A DNA stretch of 64,000 nucleotides from Paragordius varius (taxonomy: Eukaryota; Animalia; Nematomorpha), in NCBI GenBank assembly GCA_964247055.1, contig OZ176054.1:8990001-9054000 (forward strand), written 5' to 3'. A model generated the notes under the pieces. It saw only the letters and a program-made list of their open reading frames with translations, searched no databases and was not told the origin of the DNA. Positions within the stretch are counted from its first letter, which is position 1. Each line of letters starts with the position of its first letter. This document shows, in pieces, positions 14,401 to 28,526 of the stretch. A program made the translations under genes and the position numbers.

Positions 14401-17007
14401 TATAATTTTAATATTTACTGTATCATGGACATATATATATAATATTCAATTACGTATTTTAAGAATTGGTCCAAACACAGTTTCATCGTTGGCCTTTATA
14501 CTACAATTCCATTTCTGATTGCGGAATTGATATTGGCATTCGAAAATGCCATATTGTGCACCCTTGCCCACACCATACATATGGTCCTGGTAAAGTAAAC
14601 AGAGCCTTCTTTGCCCCTGACTTAAACCAGGCAGTTGACACCAATCAATTAACGTTTGTTCTTCAAGAATTTGATTTTTATTCCCGTCACTATTTAAGTG
14701 TTGGTGTGAGGATGTCGTCTCAATGATTGATTTAAGGCCATTATTTGGAATGTCTATAGATTTACGGCCTAAAAGGTATTTGGAAAGATGATGATTAGGT
14801 TTCATGGTGGATAACAGGTTTGCCGTTTTCTCTTGTAAATCGTAATTGAGTTTCATATTCATATTGTGGATGTCGTTTTGCAAAAGGCCGGGTGGTTTTC
14901 GTGAAGGCGCTATCAATCCCAAAGTCCTATCACAAAAGGAAAAATATATGTGTTAATTATGTATATTGGTGCATATATATATATCTATAGACCCCAAAAA
15001 CTAAAGTAATTATCAGTGGCTATTAAATCAAAATTAATCATCTGAATTAAAAGGGTATTAGACATTTTAACTGCTTTACTAACATACTCTCGTTTAAACG
15101 GGGAATTATTTTAATTACAGCCAAATTTGGAACCCGCCCTTAAACGGTATTTATAAATTTATAGCAATGGTTTATTTAGATTTTGTGGTAAACTGTTGTA
15201 CAATTGGAACATTTAAATAAATTAAATTATTATTTATTAAATGTTTCTTTCAACAAGTATAAAATCGAAAGAGACTGTAATCAATGTTACTATATATATA
15301 TATCTTTAAAAAGTTAAAAAACTGAATTAGGTAATTGATCTAAGCCTTTTTAAATCAATATTTACCGTTTATGGTGTATAACAAAATTATTTTCAATTTT
15401 GATTCTTTATAACCATTTTGCATTTATTATTAAATGCTCACGGGTAAATTCATGATCCAGAGATAAATTTAAAACAATTGAAAAACCAGAATTTTAATCC
15501 CATATTTTTCAAAACTGGTGCTTAACAATCTAGTTTTTCAAAAATAAAACAAGTTCCACATAAACGGACTGCTTTAAACCCTGTGTTTTAGGTGGTTTTT
15601 TTGATTGAAAAAAATTTACCATAAAAGGGAGAAGATCATCTTCAAAATGCTTACTACACAAAAAATATCGCAAACCAAATACTATATCAATAATTAAAAA
15701 TCCTAACAATGCATGCGAAACTTGTTTGTTAATTTAAAATGAATTCCTATAGTATATGACTTTCTAAGATTTGACCACTAAATCGGGTTATGGTATAAAA
15801 CTGATTTATGCGTTTTTGCCAGTAATTAGGCGGTTAATTTAAACCACCTAACTTTATTGCATTGTTGCACTTAATGATAAACCATTAAAATAGTGCCACC
15901 AGTCTTTCAGAATTTTTAATTTCCCTTTTTATTATTTTATAGATATAGAGGATTACAAATAAATTTAATGCTATAATAGCAAGTGTTAATAAAATAGTCA
16001 TAAAAAATGAAAGAGTGTGTGTTAAGTATTTACCCTATATTTTTTTATTATGTATGATACCATTAGATATACATAAAATAATATTTCCAATCAAATCAAT
16101 ATTTAATGGATAAAAATTAAAAATAGAGTATATAGGTATCAAAAAAACCAATAGCATACATATTTTAGTATTGTCGCGTTAATGAATATGAGTTCATTTT
16201 GTTATATATATAAATTAAGATGCTATCGCGACGCCTTAAAAAAACGTCAACTTATGGCATTTTAAGTCTTTTTTTTTAAATATCAAAATGCAATTTAAAA
16301 TAAAATGTAATAATAATGTCTCTTTTTGACATTTTTACAAGTATGAAAATAAAAGCAGAAAAGATAAAGTTTGACCGTTTTTCTCTAAGGTATATATATA
16401 TATGGTCGCCAAATAAGATGTTATAATTTGCAAAAACACATTTGTTTTACATTCAAAAAAATGTATTATGTATGCTAAAATATACTGTATTTTGACCTGA
16501 AAGTGATAAATTAACATCTAAATTTGCCTTAAAATTATGTTAAGAATATGGTCATTACTTTATTTCATACAACTAACTAGACTAGATTAAAACAGTCGGA
16601 AATAATCTTTTTTTAAAGGTCAACAAATATAAACTTTTATTGTGATTCCAAAAATTAACAAATTATTTCATTTACTTTAAGCCAAATATGCAAAATATAT
16701 AAAGTTGTTATATAGCAATAATAAAATTTAAAAGTATTAAAAAAATCAAAATAAACCTTTATTATTGTTATTTTAGGGTTATATCCCATATTAGCTTACT
16801 TACTATATCTAAGCTAAGCTATTAATCTTTCATAAAGTTTAGTTTTTAAAACAATGTAAAAAATATGAATCTTAAAAAGTAAAGCTTATATATTTACCAC
16901 CACATTCCAACGGTTGTTACAAATGCATAGTTTAGTACAAAAATCTGAATCCAAAAAATGCGGAATAATAAATGCGATACCGATATTTGTTGCACAGATA
17001 TAGCCAT
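11495..17007 (-). CDS. WNT5: Wnt5 ligand, 659 aa, 4 exons, with large insertions
   Basis: Exons 17007-16898 (signal peptide, ...GMWW), 14926-14454, 13223-12778, 12445-11495, with consistent phases. [54 protein letters not shown] and CCGRGY...CKFHWCC are present. Confidence 0.95.
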
Positions 17008-20000
17008 GTATATTTGTTTTGAAGTTGACTTTAACAAATTATTTGATTATCATTAAAGATTTTATATACTATGTATATATACCACTTAAAAGGTGCATAA
17101 GATTATTCATATAATGAGGAAAAAAATGATAGCAAAAAAGAAAATGTATTACATATTTTTGATAACCCTCCGCGTGTGATGTGACATTAAAATATAAAAA
17201 TATGTTGGTACACAAAAGTCATAGCAAGATAGATAGATGATATTTTATAAACCAAAAAAATATAGAGCAATTATTTTTTAGTTCTGCTTTTGAATTCCAG
17301 GAGTTTTTTTAGTGTTTCATAACCCTTTTGATGTATTGAAAAAGCACAAAAATAATAATTATTAAAATAATAATAATATTTTAGCGATAAATTTTATTAC
17401 TAAAGATAAACCGCCAAAGAAAACAATGTATCTTTTATTTGAAAATATAGAAGCAAATTGTAAATTAAAGAGGAGAGGACGCTCTATAAATTATGTGTAG
17501 GTAAACCGCTAGTCTAGTTATATACTAAATGTGGTTGATTATATTATCGATGAAGGTAATTTAATATTAAAGAAAAATGCTATAATGGTATATTTCGGGG
17601 TCGTCATATCTCAAGATAAAAGCAAAGTTTAACTCTATATATTTTATCTAAAAAAGGATAATAATGATAATTTGTTGTATGTTGCATTTAATTATACGAC
17701 GTATAAAAGCACAATCAATATCTACTAAGTTATCGGAGATGAAAGTGATAGTATATGATGAGAGATGCCTTCAGATAATCTTTGAAGGTATGGAGAAAAA
17801 AATATATTCAATCAATTTATATACATACATGCATATATATATTAGCAGTATATTATATAAATATGTGTAACACGCTTAAAATTAGAGTAATTAATAAGTA
17901 TTGTTTGTAATATATTTTTGATACAACAGTGATTTAGTGATTTATGTTATAGTAATAATTAATAATTTTAACGGTGATGAGATATCATCTCATATCTTTT
18001 GATAGTAATTTTATGAAAAAAAGTCAATGTGACTCTACATAGGAAGGAAGGAATTATAGATCAGGTTAGGAAGCAGCAAGTAATATTATTGGGGGGGAAA
18101 CATTTTTACAAGCAAATTAATTACATGCATATTCCTTTCATGTGTAGAGATATTACATAGGTAAAAATATTGAAGTTATATATATGTAAAGCATAGCACG
18201 GAGACATAATTGCAAATAAATTTTTACAGTAAATGCAATTAATTAATTTATGATGATGATATGATAGTAAGATTACATAATTAATAATATTGTCTTTTTT
18301 TCCATGTAAGTAAGTAAATGATAAAAATAATACAGTAGAAATAATTGGTTGGTTTGGTTGGTTGAGATTTTTATAAATTTATAATCTAATGGGCGGGTTT
18401 GCTATACATAACATTTCCAAATCTTTGTTTTTATAGTCGTTTAGTAATGCAAGAAAAACATTATTAAATTTTAATATTTTTTATATCAGCGATTTTCTGC
18501 ATCAAAGCATCTATTTTGTGATCCCTTTTGTCAAAGTAAATGTTGTTTAATTGTAAAAGACAAAAGAATAAAACAACCGTGGGTTAGACAAAAATATTGA
18601 AATAATTTACTGTTAAATTTTTTAACTTCATAATATTTATTATGTGTATAATAAATTAGTTGTATAACAAGTTGTTTTATTTACATAGAAAATAAATAAA
18701 TATTTACATGGCGCGTATTAACTTTAAAAAGATTGGGTTACCTAGCTACCTACCTACCTATCTACACTTTCATTCAAATTCACAATATTGTTTTGTGTAA
18801 TTTAGTATAAACATTTAAAACATAAATATGAGAACAGGTAAAACGAGCTACTGAGATGATTTAGTAGAACATATTTAACCTAACAAGTCTATTTTATTCA
18901 TCGTGGGTGGGGTGATAAAAATTTCATCAGTCTGTTTTTAGCATTAAAAAATGAAATTTTATGTAAGTTGACTTGATGGACCCATGTTTATATCTAAGTA
19001 AGATGCATACAAATTCTATTTAAATATTCAATATTTAGTTAGTTGTAAACTTTTTTTATATAAACTGATTGCAAAAATATAAGCATTGATTGTAATTAAG
19101 ATCGAGAATCTTTATTACATGTGACTTTATGAAATTTATTTTTAATTTCTAGTAAATATTTAAACTTTCCAAATTGACCATCTTCTCATAATCATAATCT
19201 TTGGAATATGATTAACGGTTTAAACATAAAAACTTTGTATGAGATATTTTAATTTAGTATTAAATTGCAAGTTAACCAAATATGTTTTACATCATCATAT
19301 TCAGTATGGACAAAATAAAACTAACGGGTAATAAAAAAACTAAATTAAAATTTCATTATAAAGGTATATTCTTTTTATTTGCACCACTATAGATCGCATT
19401 ATAAATACAATAAAATAAGACAGGGTAGCTAAAATTAATTTATTCATAATATGTATTCTATAAATAATAATTATTCGTTTGATAGATGGTAAATAGAACG
19501 AAAATTAAAGTGAAAGTCTGAATGGATAATGTAACCGATAAACTGAAAAAATTAAAATGAGACTTTCTGGTGCTTTGCAGTTATCTGTAAGTTTTAGATT
19601 ATATTTTCAATTAAAATCATTAGTTTAAGTTTCAAATTTAACATTGAAAACAATTATTTCTTATTTAATCACTAATTATAATACAAAATATATCTGTATA
19701 ATATTTTATAAAATTTGGGCAAAGAAATTGCATTTTGAAATGAATTGGAACCAAAAAACATAATATTAATTGGTATATTATTTTTTTCTAAGATTTTAAG
19801 TAAATATCGCTTTTCATTTTAACTAAAATAATTTATGCGGTAAAATATTTAATTTTTCAATCACATAATTTAACAATATCTACACCAAATATTCGGCTTT
19901 GATAATAATTTAAGTTTCATGTAAAGAAAATTTTTATGTACTTTGCATCGAAGCGAAATATCACTCTTTTTTTCCAACGAATAAAAAATATTATAGTATG

Positions 20001-21332
20001 ATTCAGGGTTTTGCGAAAATTAAGCCATATATAAATTACAAAAACTTTATAATTATTTTTTAGACGCGATCTAAATTTATTTATTTTCTTATTTTAACAG
20101 TTGCTAACATATAGTAAAATAATTATCTTAATTCCTTTACCACATAACCATTTTTCACGATTAAATAATACCTACATTTACTGATACATTTTTAATTTCT
20201 GAGAATTTTTTAAAGACTTTCAAAAATCAGTTATAACTCGTGTTTAATCCATTTGATAAAATTTAATTGACACAAATAACTCTGTAGTCAGTATTTATTC
20301 GATGTTTAATTTTGCTACACTATATATTGTTTTGAAGATATTTATTTTACAGCTTTAAGCTATTAAATGATATGCAATTTTAGAACCTTTTTTTCACTCA
20401 CAGTTTAATATGAGTCATATATATAAATATATATACTTTGAATATGTTTAGAATTCTGTTTTTGAGGAATTATTCTATTATGGTTTTTGCAAAAGCCCAA
20501 ACTTAGCTGAACGTCAATTTTGATTTATTTGTCCCTATAAACATTTTGATTTAAATATAAATTTATCTACCTTTTATGGTAAATAGCCATTATTTTTATA
20601 CCATTAATTACAATATAGTTTTTATTTAGGGAATATTTAATTTTTTTAAAAAAACAGAAATATGTGCGTCCTTGGAATAATTTATATCTTGGCGGTATTC
20701 ACCTGTCAGGATAGATTTTCTTTCTTAAAAATTAAATCTTTATATAATTTTATATATAGGTTCTATAGTACGAAAACCCTTTGTCTTTGTTTTGCTGTAA
20801 TAAAAGACATATATTAATGTCCAACATAAAAACATGTCACATAATATCATATTCATAAATATTTATACTTAAAAAAAGGACCAATCGGCACTTATCAAAA
20901 ACGCTATTAGATACCACAATATTTTAATATTTTTAATGTAATTATTGTTAATAAAATTATGGAAATATAATTTGTAGTAAGTATATAATGGTTGTATGGA
21001 ATATATTAAAAATTGAACTGTATCAAAAATGAGTACAAAGTATTAATTAATTAATTAGATATTTTTTTGATATTTTTGAATTTTATTTTTTATAATTATT
21101 TTTTTTATATAGCTAGTCATTTTATATTGTCATAGAAAATAATTGACTCTATATCGGTAAAAATAATGTTTTAAAAAGTATACTGAATAAAACTTTGGTT
21201 AAAATCATTTTTATATTAATTATTATATAAATATTTGTGATTGTACTAATTTGTTTTAGGTATGCAAGTAATTTTCAAACGTAAAATTACGCATGAATAA
21301 TATATTTTATAGATTTTATGATACACTCGTAT

Positions 21333-21514
21333 CATAATACGCAGGTAGAATCGCTGATAGTGTTAAAAGTTAATATATACAGTTGAAAAAATAATCCCAC
21401 GCATACTTACAAACTCATTAAATTTTCTAGTTTTTACTTATTTTTTTATCTAAAAGATGAGGATGTGTCATGAAAAATATTTCATTTATCTTATATCCTA
21501 CCTGCTGTATTATG
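21333..21514. repeat. Short element bounded by imperfect 19-20 bp inverted repeats (possible old MITE)
   Basis: CATAATACGCAGGTAGAAT (21333-21351) versus the reverse complement of ATCCTACCTGCTGTATTATG (21495-21514); no clear TSD. Confidence 0.4.
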
Positions 21515-23499
21515 CAAATAATATTTTTTAAATTCATAATAATTGAAAAACTATGGTTAAAGAGAGCCATGATATATCAGATATTTTTTTTGATAAAAAA
21601 TTACGCTTTTAAAATTTGATTGATCACAATATTGGAAAAAGATTGTGCATTTGGTACAAAATATCAATAGTATTTTGCATCTTTTAGATTCGATCAACTC
21701 TTAAATAGTTCATCATTAATAAATGCATATTCTTTGAGCATTACATTCAAAAAAATAGATCAAAATCCTAATTAGTATTTTTTTTATATATAAAATATTT
21801 TTAAATTATAATTAAACTGATATTTTGCTATTATTAAAATAAAACTTAATCCCTGACGCCATGGTTTTCAAACGATATTTATGTATTGCATTAAAAATAC
21901 GAGCCTAAAAACCGTTATTCAAAGAAAAAATTATATTACAGATACATCTGAATAAGAACTTAAAATCTATATTTTTAACGTTTTATGATTGTTTGCTAAA
22001 AATTTTAATTAGTCAAGTTAATGGATATAATTTTTTTGAGTAGTTTGAATAATATTGATAATAATATTTTAATGTAATGATGATAAAGTAAACAAACCTA
22101 TTAAAATGCTAAAAGCACTTAACCAAAACACCAATAATAATAAAAATATCCCCTTTATATAGAATAATTTGGAAAAGCCTTAAATGGCCTAAGAAGTACG
22201 AAATCCATTTTCAAGTTTATATAGAATAGGAATGCTACTTAAAATGAAGCTACCTAAAACAAAATGGCTCTAATTTTTTTAAAAAACCTTAAACCAATTA
22301 GTCATCCTGTGATTTTTACTGGGGCACATTGAATTTCAAATCAAAAATAAAAATGAAGTTTCAGGAGTCTTATATGTTTTAAGGCCTATATCAAAAAGTT
22401 ACAAAGGCTCTAATAAATCTTAAATTCTCGCATATTAGTTAAATGTTATGAACAGATTATAGTTTCATTCATATAATTTTCCTATAAATAACTGATTTCC
22501 AAATATTCAAAGCACCATTAATTAAAATATATTATTTAACGCAAAGCCACTAATACCCATTAAAATGTTTTTATTTATGTAAATTTTAGAGATAATCACT
22601 TATGTTATGCTAAAAAAGTATTTTTTACGTAAAAATAATTTTATCAAGAATTTGAAGGATATATATTAACACTCCATTACCTTTTGAAAATAAAAACATT
22701 TCGTAATTTTTGATCCAGGTCTAAATTTGTATGATAAAATATTATACTAAAAGGTGTTTTTGACTAAAATATTGTCATATCTTTATTTATACATTTAAAA
22801 TAATCAGTCTTAACAGCTTTGAAAGTTCGGCAAACTATCAACCTCTTCAAATCAAATTGAAACAAACGTCAATAAATCAATAATTTCCTATCAAAACAAA
22901 TTTAGATTTGGCAGTATTTTTACCGATTTATATAAAAAAATCTAAAAATATATTTCGGCGGCTTAAAGTTTGTGACGAGAATTAAACAATTAAATTTATT
23001 TTTTAAGTAATACGCTTGAAAGGTCAAATAAATATTAATTTAGGCCCAATATCTTTAATATGTAAAAAATAATTAAGTTTTTATTCGCTCTAAACTAGCT
23101 GATAGTATATATGGAAAAAACGCCGCTTCCACAAAATATTTTTCCCAGTTGATTTGATTATATAATTTTTTTTCGAATTGAAACACGTGTTAAAATTTGT
23201 TACGTCGGAATAAATGTTTTGCAAGACATACACCACTAAAAATAGGGTTTTATTGTTTAATTAGAATAAACCGACGGAAACAGTAAATATAAAAATTAGA
23301 TTCTTTAAATCCCCAAATCTTATTTTAATTAATTGGAGATGTTAATCCTCGCCAGTATTGTGTTTTAAGAATAAATTTTATTTATACGATTCAGGCGTTA
23401 ATGAATGATTTTTGTTACTCATGGTTAAAAGTGTTATAAAATTGTGTTCACACAGCTGGGATTAAGGGATATAAAAAGTAAATAATTTGTGGTTCCTTT

Positions 23500-25150
23500 T
23501 TAAAGGAAAGAATGATCTTATACCAATCCGCTAGAAACGTGGTTAACTGAACTCGTATGGCTTGAAAATTAGCTCCAAAACAATTGCATTTTTGTATGGC
23601 GTCTGAGTTTTATACCGGTAGACCCATACCCATAGACATATATGGAAAAGGTGCTGAGTTAAATTTTTCGCCTATATAGGGCAAATATTTGGAATCATCT
23701 TTGATACCATAGTCTCATGGGTTATTCGAAAAAAATATCTTTAATTAATCGTTATATGATGGCGTATTTTTAGGGCATAAAGGCCCCAAATTAATGGCTA
23801 ATAAGAAAACACCTGATATTAATTTTTACCTAGTTACGGGTAATATTTTAAGCTTTTAATAAGCTCATATGGGTTCGTAAATTTTCTGTAAATTAGTTCA
23901 ACGCAATTTCTATATAGTGGCGCAGTTTTTGGCGGGTAGCTCCTTACCCAGGGGCAGGTATAAAAACTTTGGGCAAAATTTTTGCCTTTATAAGGGGAAT
24001 ATCTGGAATTATCATGGTTTCCATATGTTCCTTTTAGACTCTTAGGTTTTCTGAAATTTGGCTCCAAAGGCATGCTGTATCGATATGGGGACGCAGTTTT
24101 GCGAGTGTAGCCTAACCAGGGGCGAAACAAAAAAATGCTTAAAAATTTTGCCTTATTTCGGTAATACCTGAAATTATGATTGAGATATGTTCTCGTGGGA
24201 CTTTCGAAAAATTGCCGCATAAAAGTCATTCTATAGTTGCGCATTTTTCAGGGCAAGGGCCTAATTAAGTGGTAATTTAATAAAACCGCTCTACTTAAAT
24301 TTTTGCCTTATACGGGTAATATTTCAAGCCCTTATTGATCTCATATGGCCTGATAAGTTTTCTAAAATTTGCCTCCAAAGTCACGCTGTATCGATATGAT
24401 GGCGCAGTTGTAGGCGGGTAGCCCCCTACCCAGCGATATAAAAAAGACGTTCGATTTAGGAACTGGAATTATCATTCATTCCATATGTTTTAAAAGTTTT
24501 TGGAAGAATGGTTTCAAAACTAAATATTAGTTCAATCATATCACATTTTTTAGGGCGTAAAGGGCCTATTAAAAAAAACCGATCTACTTAAATTTTGCCT
24601 TTTTACGGGTAATATTTCAGGCTCTTATCAAACTTATATGGCCTGATAAATTTTCTGAAAATTAACTCCTAAAATACGTAATTTTGATATGATGGCGCAG
24701 TTTTAGGGAGGTAACTCCCTACCCAGAGGCTCATACAAGAAAAGCGCTTGATTATAATTTTTGCCTTTTTACGGCTGGAATCATGATTCATTTCATATGC
24801 TCTCATGAGTTTTTGGAAAATTGTTTCAAAACTAAAAATTATTCTATGGTGGCGCATTCAGGGCATGAAGAACCTAATTAACGGCTAATTTAGAAAAACC
24901 GCTGAGTTAAATTTTTGCCTTTTTACGGGTATTATTTTTTGCAGTTATTGAACTCATATGGCCTGATTGGTTTTCTGAAATTTAGCCCCAAAAGCACGCT
25001 ATTTGGATATGACTCAGTTTTTAGCGGTTATCTCCTTTACCAGCAGCTATCATCAAAGAAACGCTAACTAATATTTCTGCCTTTAAACAGGTAATACCTG
25101 GATTCCTTATTGAATTTTTACGGTCTCATACTTTGGGCGAAAAATAGATT
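23500..25150. repeat. Diverged tandem array of ~154-166 bp monomers of two types (A/B)
   Basis: TTTGCCT-like anchor at ~23666, 23825, 23981, 24147, 24302, 24594, 24760, 24914, 25076. Type A carries GTAGC..TACCCAG; type B carries AGGGCATAAAGGCCC.AATTAA. Confidence 0.9.
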
Positions 25151-25678
25151 CAAAAAATTATTTTTGTGATTTTTTCGAAAAAATGGCATTTTACGGGGGT
25201 GGGGGGGGGCGGGTAAAAAGAGGGCATGAATTTAGAAAGCGAGCCCACTATGGTAAAAAAAATCATATTAAAAATCGAATGGTCCAGCATGTTTTATGGA
25301 AATATGGTTCAAAGACACGATTTTTGTGAACTTTTGAAAACCGTTTTTACACTGGGTGGGCCCGAACAGAGGGCCTAGTTCAAAAAAGGGCGAAGCTATT
25401 GTCGGGGCATTTATTAATGATATGTTTTCGATTTGGATTTGAATGGGATCTACCGGTTTTCCGAAAACAGATCACAAAGCCACCACTTTCCATTTTTATA
25501 TTATTTAATAAAATAATTAAAAATTAAATTTTAAAGATAGTTTATTTTTTAATATTCGGGTAAAAAGCCAAATATTGATCCCACATATAGTATCTGTAAT
25601 TTTACTAATTTCCAATCATATCATAATTGCAAAATCCATGATTATATAAAAAATAGAAAATATACAATTCATTTATTC

Positions 25679-28519
25679 TTATTCTAAATATATTTCTTGG
25701 GTAGAAGCAGCGCCTTGATGTTTGATTTCGCTACCTGTATGCATTAATAAAATAAAATTATAGATGAGAATAAATAAAAAAACAGTGATAATATAAAACT
25801 TTTTTCGCCCCCCAAAAGGTTTAAAAATTAAAATATAAGATAATATATTACCCGGTATATCAGGAGCAGGTTCTGAGCTGGCAACATTTCGCAATCCCAT
25901 TAAGGGGGGAGGTGGAGGTGGCATTAAATCATCTACGCCTGTGGATTGGACAACCTTTAAGTAAGAAAAAGGAAAATATTTATTTAATATTTTATAACAT
26001 TTTTATCATATTTATTGTTGTAATCATGAGAGAAGGTTAGTTAATTAGCTTAAATAGTATTAGCGATGTATATAATAGATGTGTTTTCTTAAACATGAAA
26101 ATATCAAAACTTTGATTTCGGAAAACGGAAAATTAAAAAATTGATATGGATTATTTACAACCAATTGCTAGAAAAAATTCAACTTTGAAAAATATAATAC
26201 TTCTTCTTTGTCCTTTCCCGCAGTTTCAATCATGTTTGATTCGGTCGATTTACTGATGGCATGACTGACAGGTTTAGAGTAAAGTGCAATTTCACTTGGT
26301 GTCAATTTAAAGGCAAATTGTAGGTAAAACTAAAAAAGGCGCACACATAATATTGATATATAATTTAGTTTTATTTTTTTACACATAGTAGTGTTTTCAA
26401 ATAAAAATAAAATATTTGCTAGTTTTTCATTTTAATTATTGCCAAATAGCATAAAAATATTATTGGCTTAAAGTTGGTGCATTTAAATAAAATGTTCTCT
26501 TGCTTCAATAATTTATCTCTTTACTCCAATGTTCACTTTTTTCTTAAAAAGCAATAGATTAGAAATAATCGAATCGAATTACTATAAAAAGAATCCAAAA
26601 AAGAGTATGAAACAAACCTGTTTAGCCTGAGCATTCCAAAGATACCAAAACTTTTTGTCGATGTAATTGACGAAACTTGTACCACCCATACCATGGCCCC
26701 CAAAATTACCTCGTTCATCCAATATCCCTCCACCAAAGGTATTGAGATTGGTTGATATCCCTGGTGGTTTATCGACTTCTCGGCTTGGAACCTAAAAAAG
26801 GGTTATTAATTCAAAAATTAAAACCATTCATTTTTGTGGAGTTGTCAAAAAGATTGCAAACATGTTTTTAAAACCAAAACCGCGGCGGTTTCCATGTAGA
26901 TTATGATAGTTATAGCAGAAGGTCAATTTACAAATCCATGTTTTCCATGAGATAGATTACGATAAAATTTAAAGCAGAACGTTAATTTACAAGTAGAAAA
27001 ATACAAAAAACTGATCTATGGTTTTACAAAATTATATGGGCTAAATGAAATTTTATTTTTAATAACTTATTTTCATTTAAATAATGTTATCTATTTTAAA
27101 TGTTTTCTATTTGATTGGATATATTTAATATATTTTTAAAAAAGTTTCTGTAAAATGACAAAAATTAAAATCACAACCATTGTAATCCAGTTGTAATCTT
27201 TGATAAAACTAATTTCAATTTTATAATAATATATATGATAATTTTGACAATTTAATTATAATTCAAATATAAATCAAAGATAAAACTCTCAAATTATTAT
27301 TTTAATAATATACCTTAAAAGCAATTGTTTCATACGGTTCGGCTGCAAACAAGAGATATTGCCATTTTTTATCAGGGGGTTCTATTCTTTGCTCATAAGC
27401 TGACATAAAACGATGTCTGGGAGCAATACCATCTGCTATCTCAGGATAATCGATTTGAAACAATAAACTACATTGATTCGTTTCGGGATCTTTTTGTTTC
27501 GTTACCTGAATATAAATACATTTATTTCCTGTACTATATATGAAATAAAAAATTATTTAAGACGAAAATCTATAAAAAATAGTCATAAAAAATTCCTATA
27601 TATAATTAATACATGACGTCGAAAAATGGGGACTTATTTTAAAAATATGAAATTACCTAATATAAATATTTTTACCAAACACTTAAGGAAAATATATGAT
27701 AAGGGACAACATATAAATAAAATACCTCATTACTTTGTTGCGCTAAATATTCCAAAGCTTGAGTGTCAAACTATTACAACTGTTTTATTATCAAAAAAAC
27801 ATTACTATCATAAATTAAAAAAGATTTTTTTACAGTATATTACGGTTTAGGACAAGGATTTATTACTAATAATGATTAATATTTTTTAATTTGGCCCCCA
27901 TTACAAGAGATATTTTGAATTGCCATGTAAGGATGTGTTGATGAAAAAAAAAATAAATACCTTGTACCCGGGTCTCCCAATCTTAACAAATTTCTTCTTA
28001 GCATTATTTGCTGCGGCCATACCCATCAAAGGCATTTTTTGATCGGCTAAAACCATCGTAGGTTGAATTTGTTGTTGCGCTAAATTGTCTTTGGCTTCTT
28101 TGGCGGCCCGCCTGGCCAAATTGTGTTGATGTTTTTTACCTTGGGTGTGGGCCAAATAACTTCCTTCATTGTTATGAAGAGTGAGACAAAGCTTACATTC
28201 ATACGTACCAAGATGGTTTTTTAAGAAATATGGATCCTGCAAAAAGGGTAGTTGGGTAATTTTAAGCAAAAATATGTGTAAAAGTTTTAAAAAATATTTT
28301 GCGCAATTAATTAATTAAAGGATTAGGTACTAATTTATTATAACTGAGAAAAACAATATAAAATATTAAAAAATATTTTTTAAAATAACCTACCTTCGTT
28401 ATATCAATAGTTTCCAAAGCTAACTGTCTTAACCGTTCTCTCCTATCTTTATTGGTTTCAGACCATGAGGCCACACCACCTCCACCAGTTTTTGCTCCAG
28501 GTCGATGCTGAAAATCCAT
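25679..28519 (-). CDS. SF3A2: Splicing factor 3a subunit 2 (SF3a66/Prp11)
   Basis: MDFQHRPGAKTGGGG...DRRERLRQLALETIDI, DPYFLKNHLGTYECKLCLTLHNNEGSYLAHTQGKKHQ (U1C-type zinc finger), KFVKIGRPGYK, LLFQIDYPEI, PRHRFMSAYEQRIEPPD, QYLLFAAEPYETIAFKVPSRE. Seven GT-AG exons starting 28519-28394, 28236-27961, 27505-27314. Confidence 0.97.
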
Positions 28520-28526
28520 TATGTGA
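28520..28526. promoter_or_regulatory. 7-bp spacer between the divergent SF3A2 and EIF2B2 start codons
   Basis: ...tcCAT tatgtga ATGtat...: SF3A2 ATG at 28519 (-) and EIF2B2 ATG at 28527 (+). Confidence 0.7.

Noticed and set aside
23834-24857. ORFs 23834-24244 and 24669-24857 with internally repeated peptides
   Set aside because: They are translations of the ~160-bp satellite, with no consistent frame between monomers.
23500-25150. CRISPR-like array
   Set aside because: Eukaryotic context; the monomers are homologous along their whole length, with no unique spacers and no cas genes.
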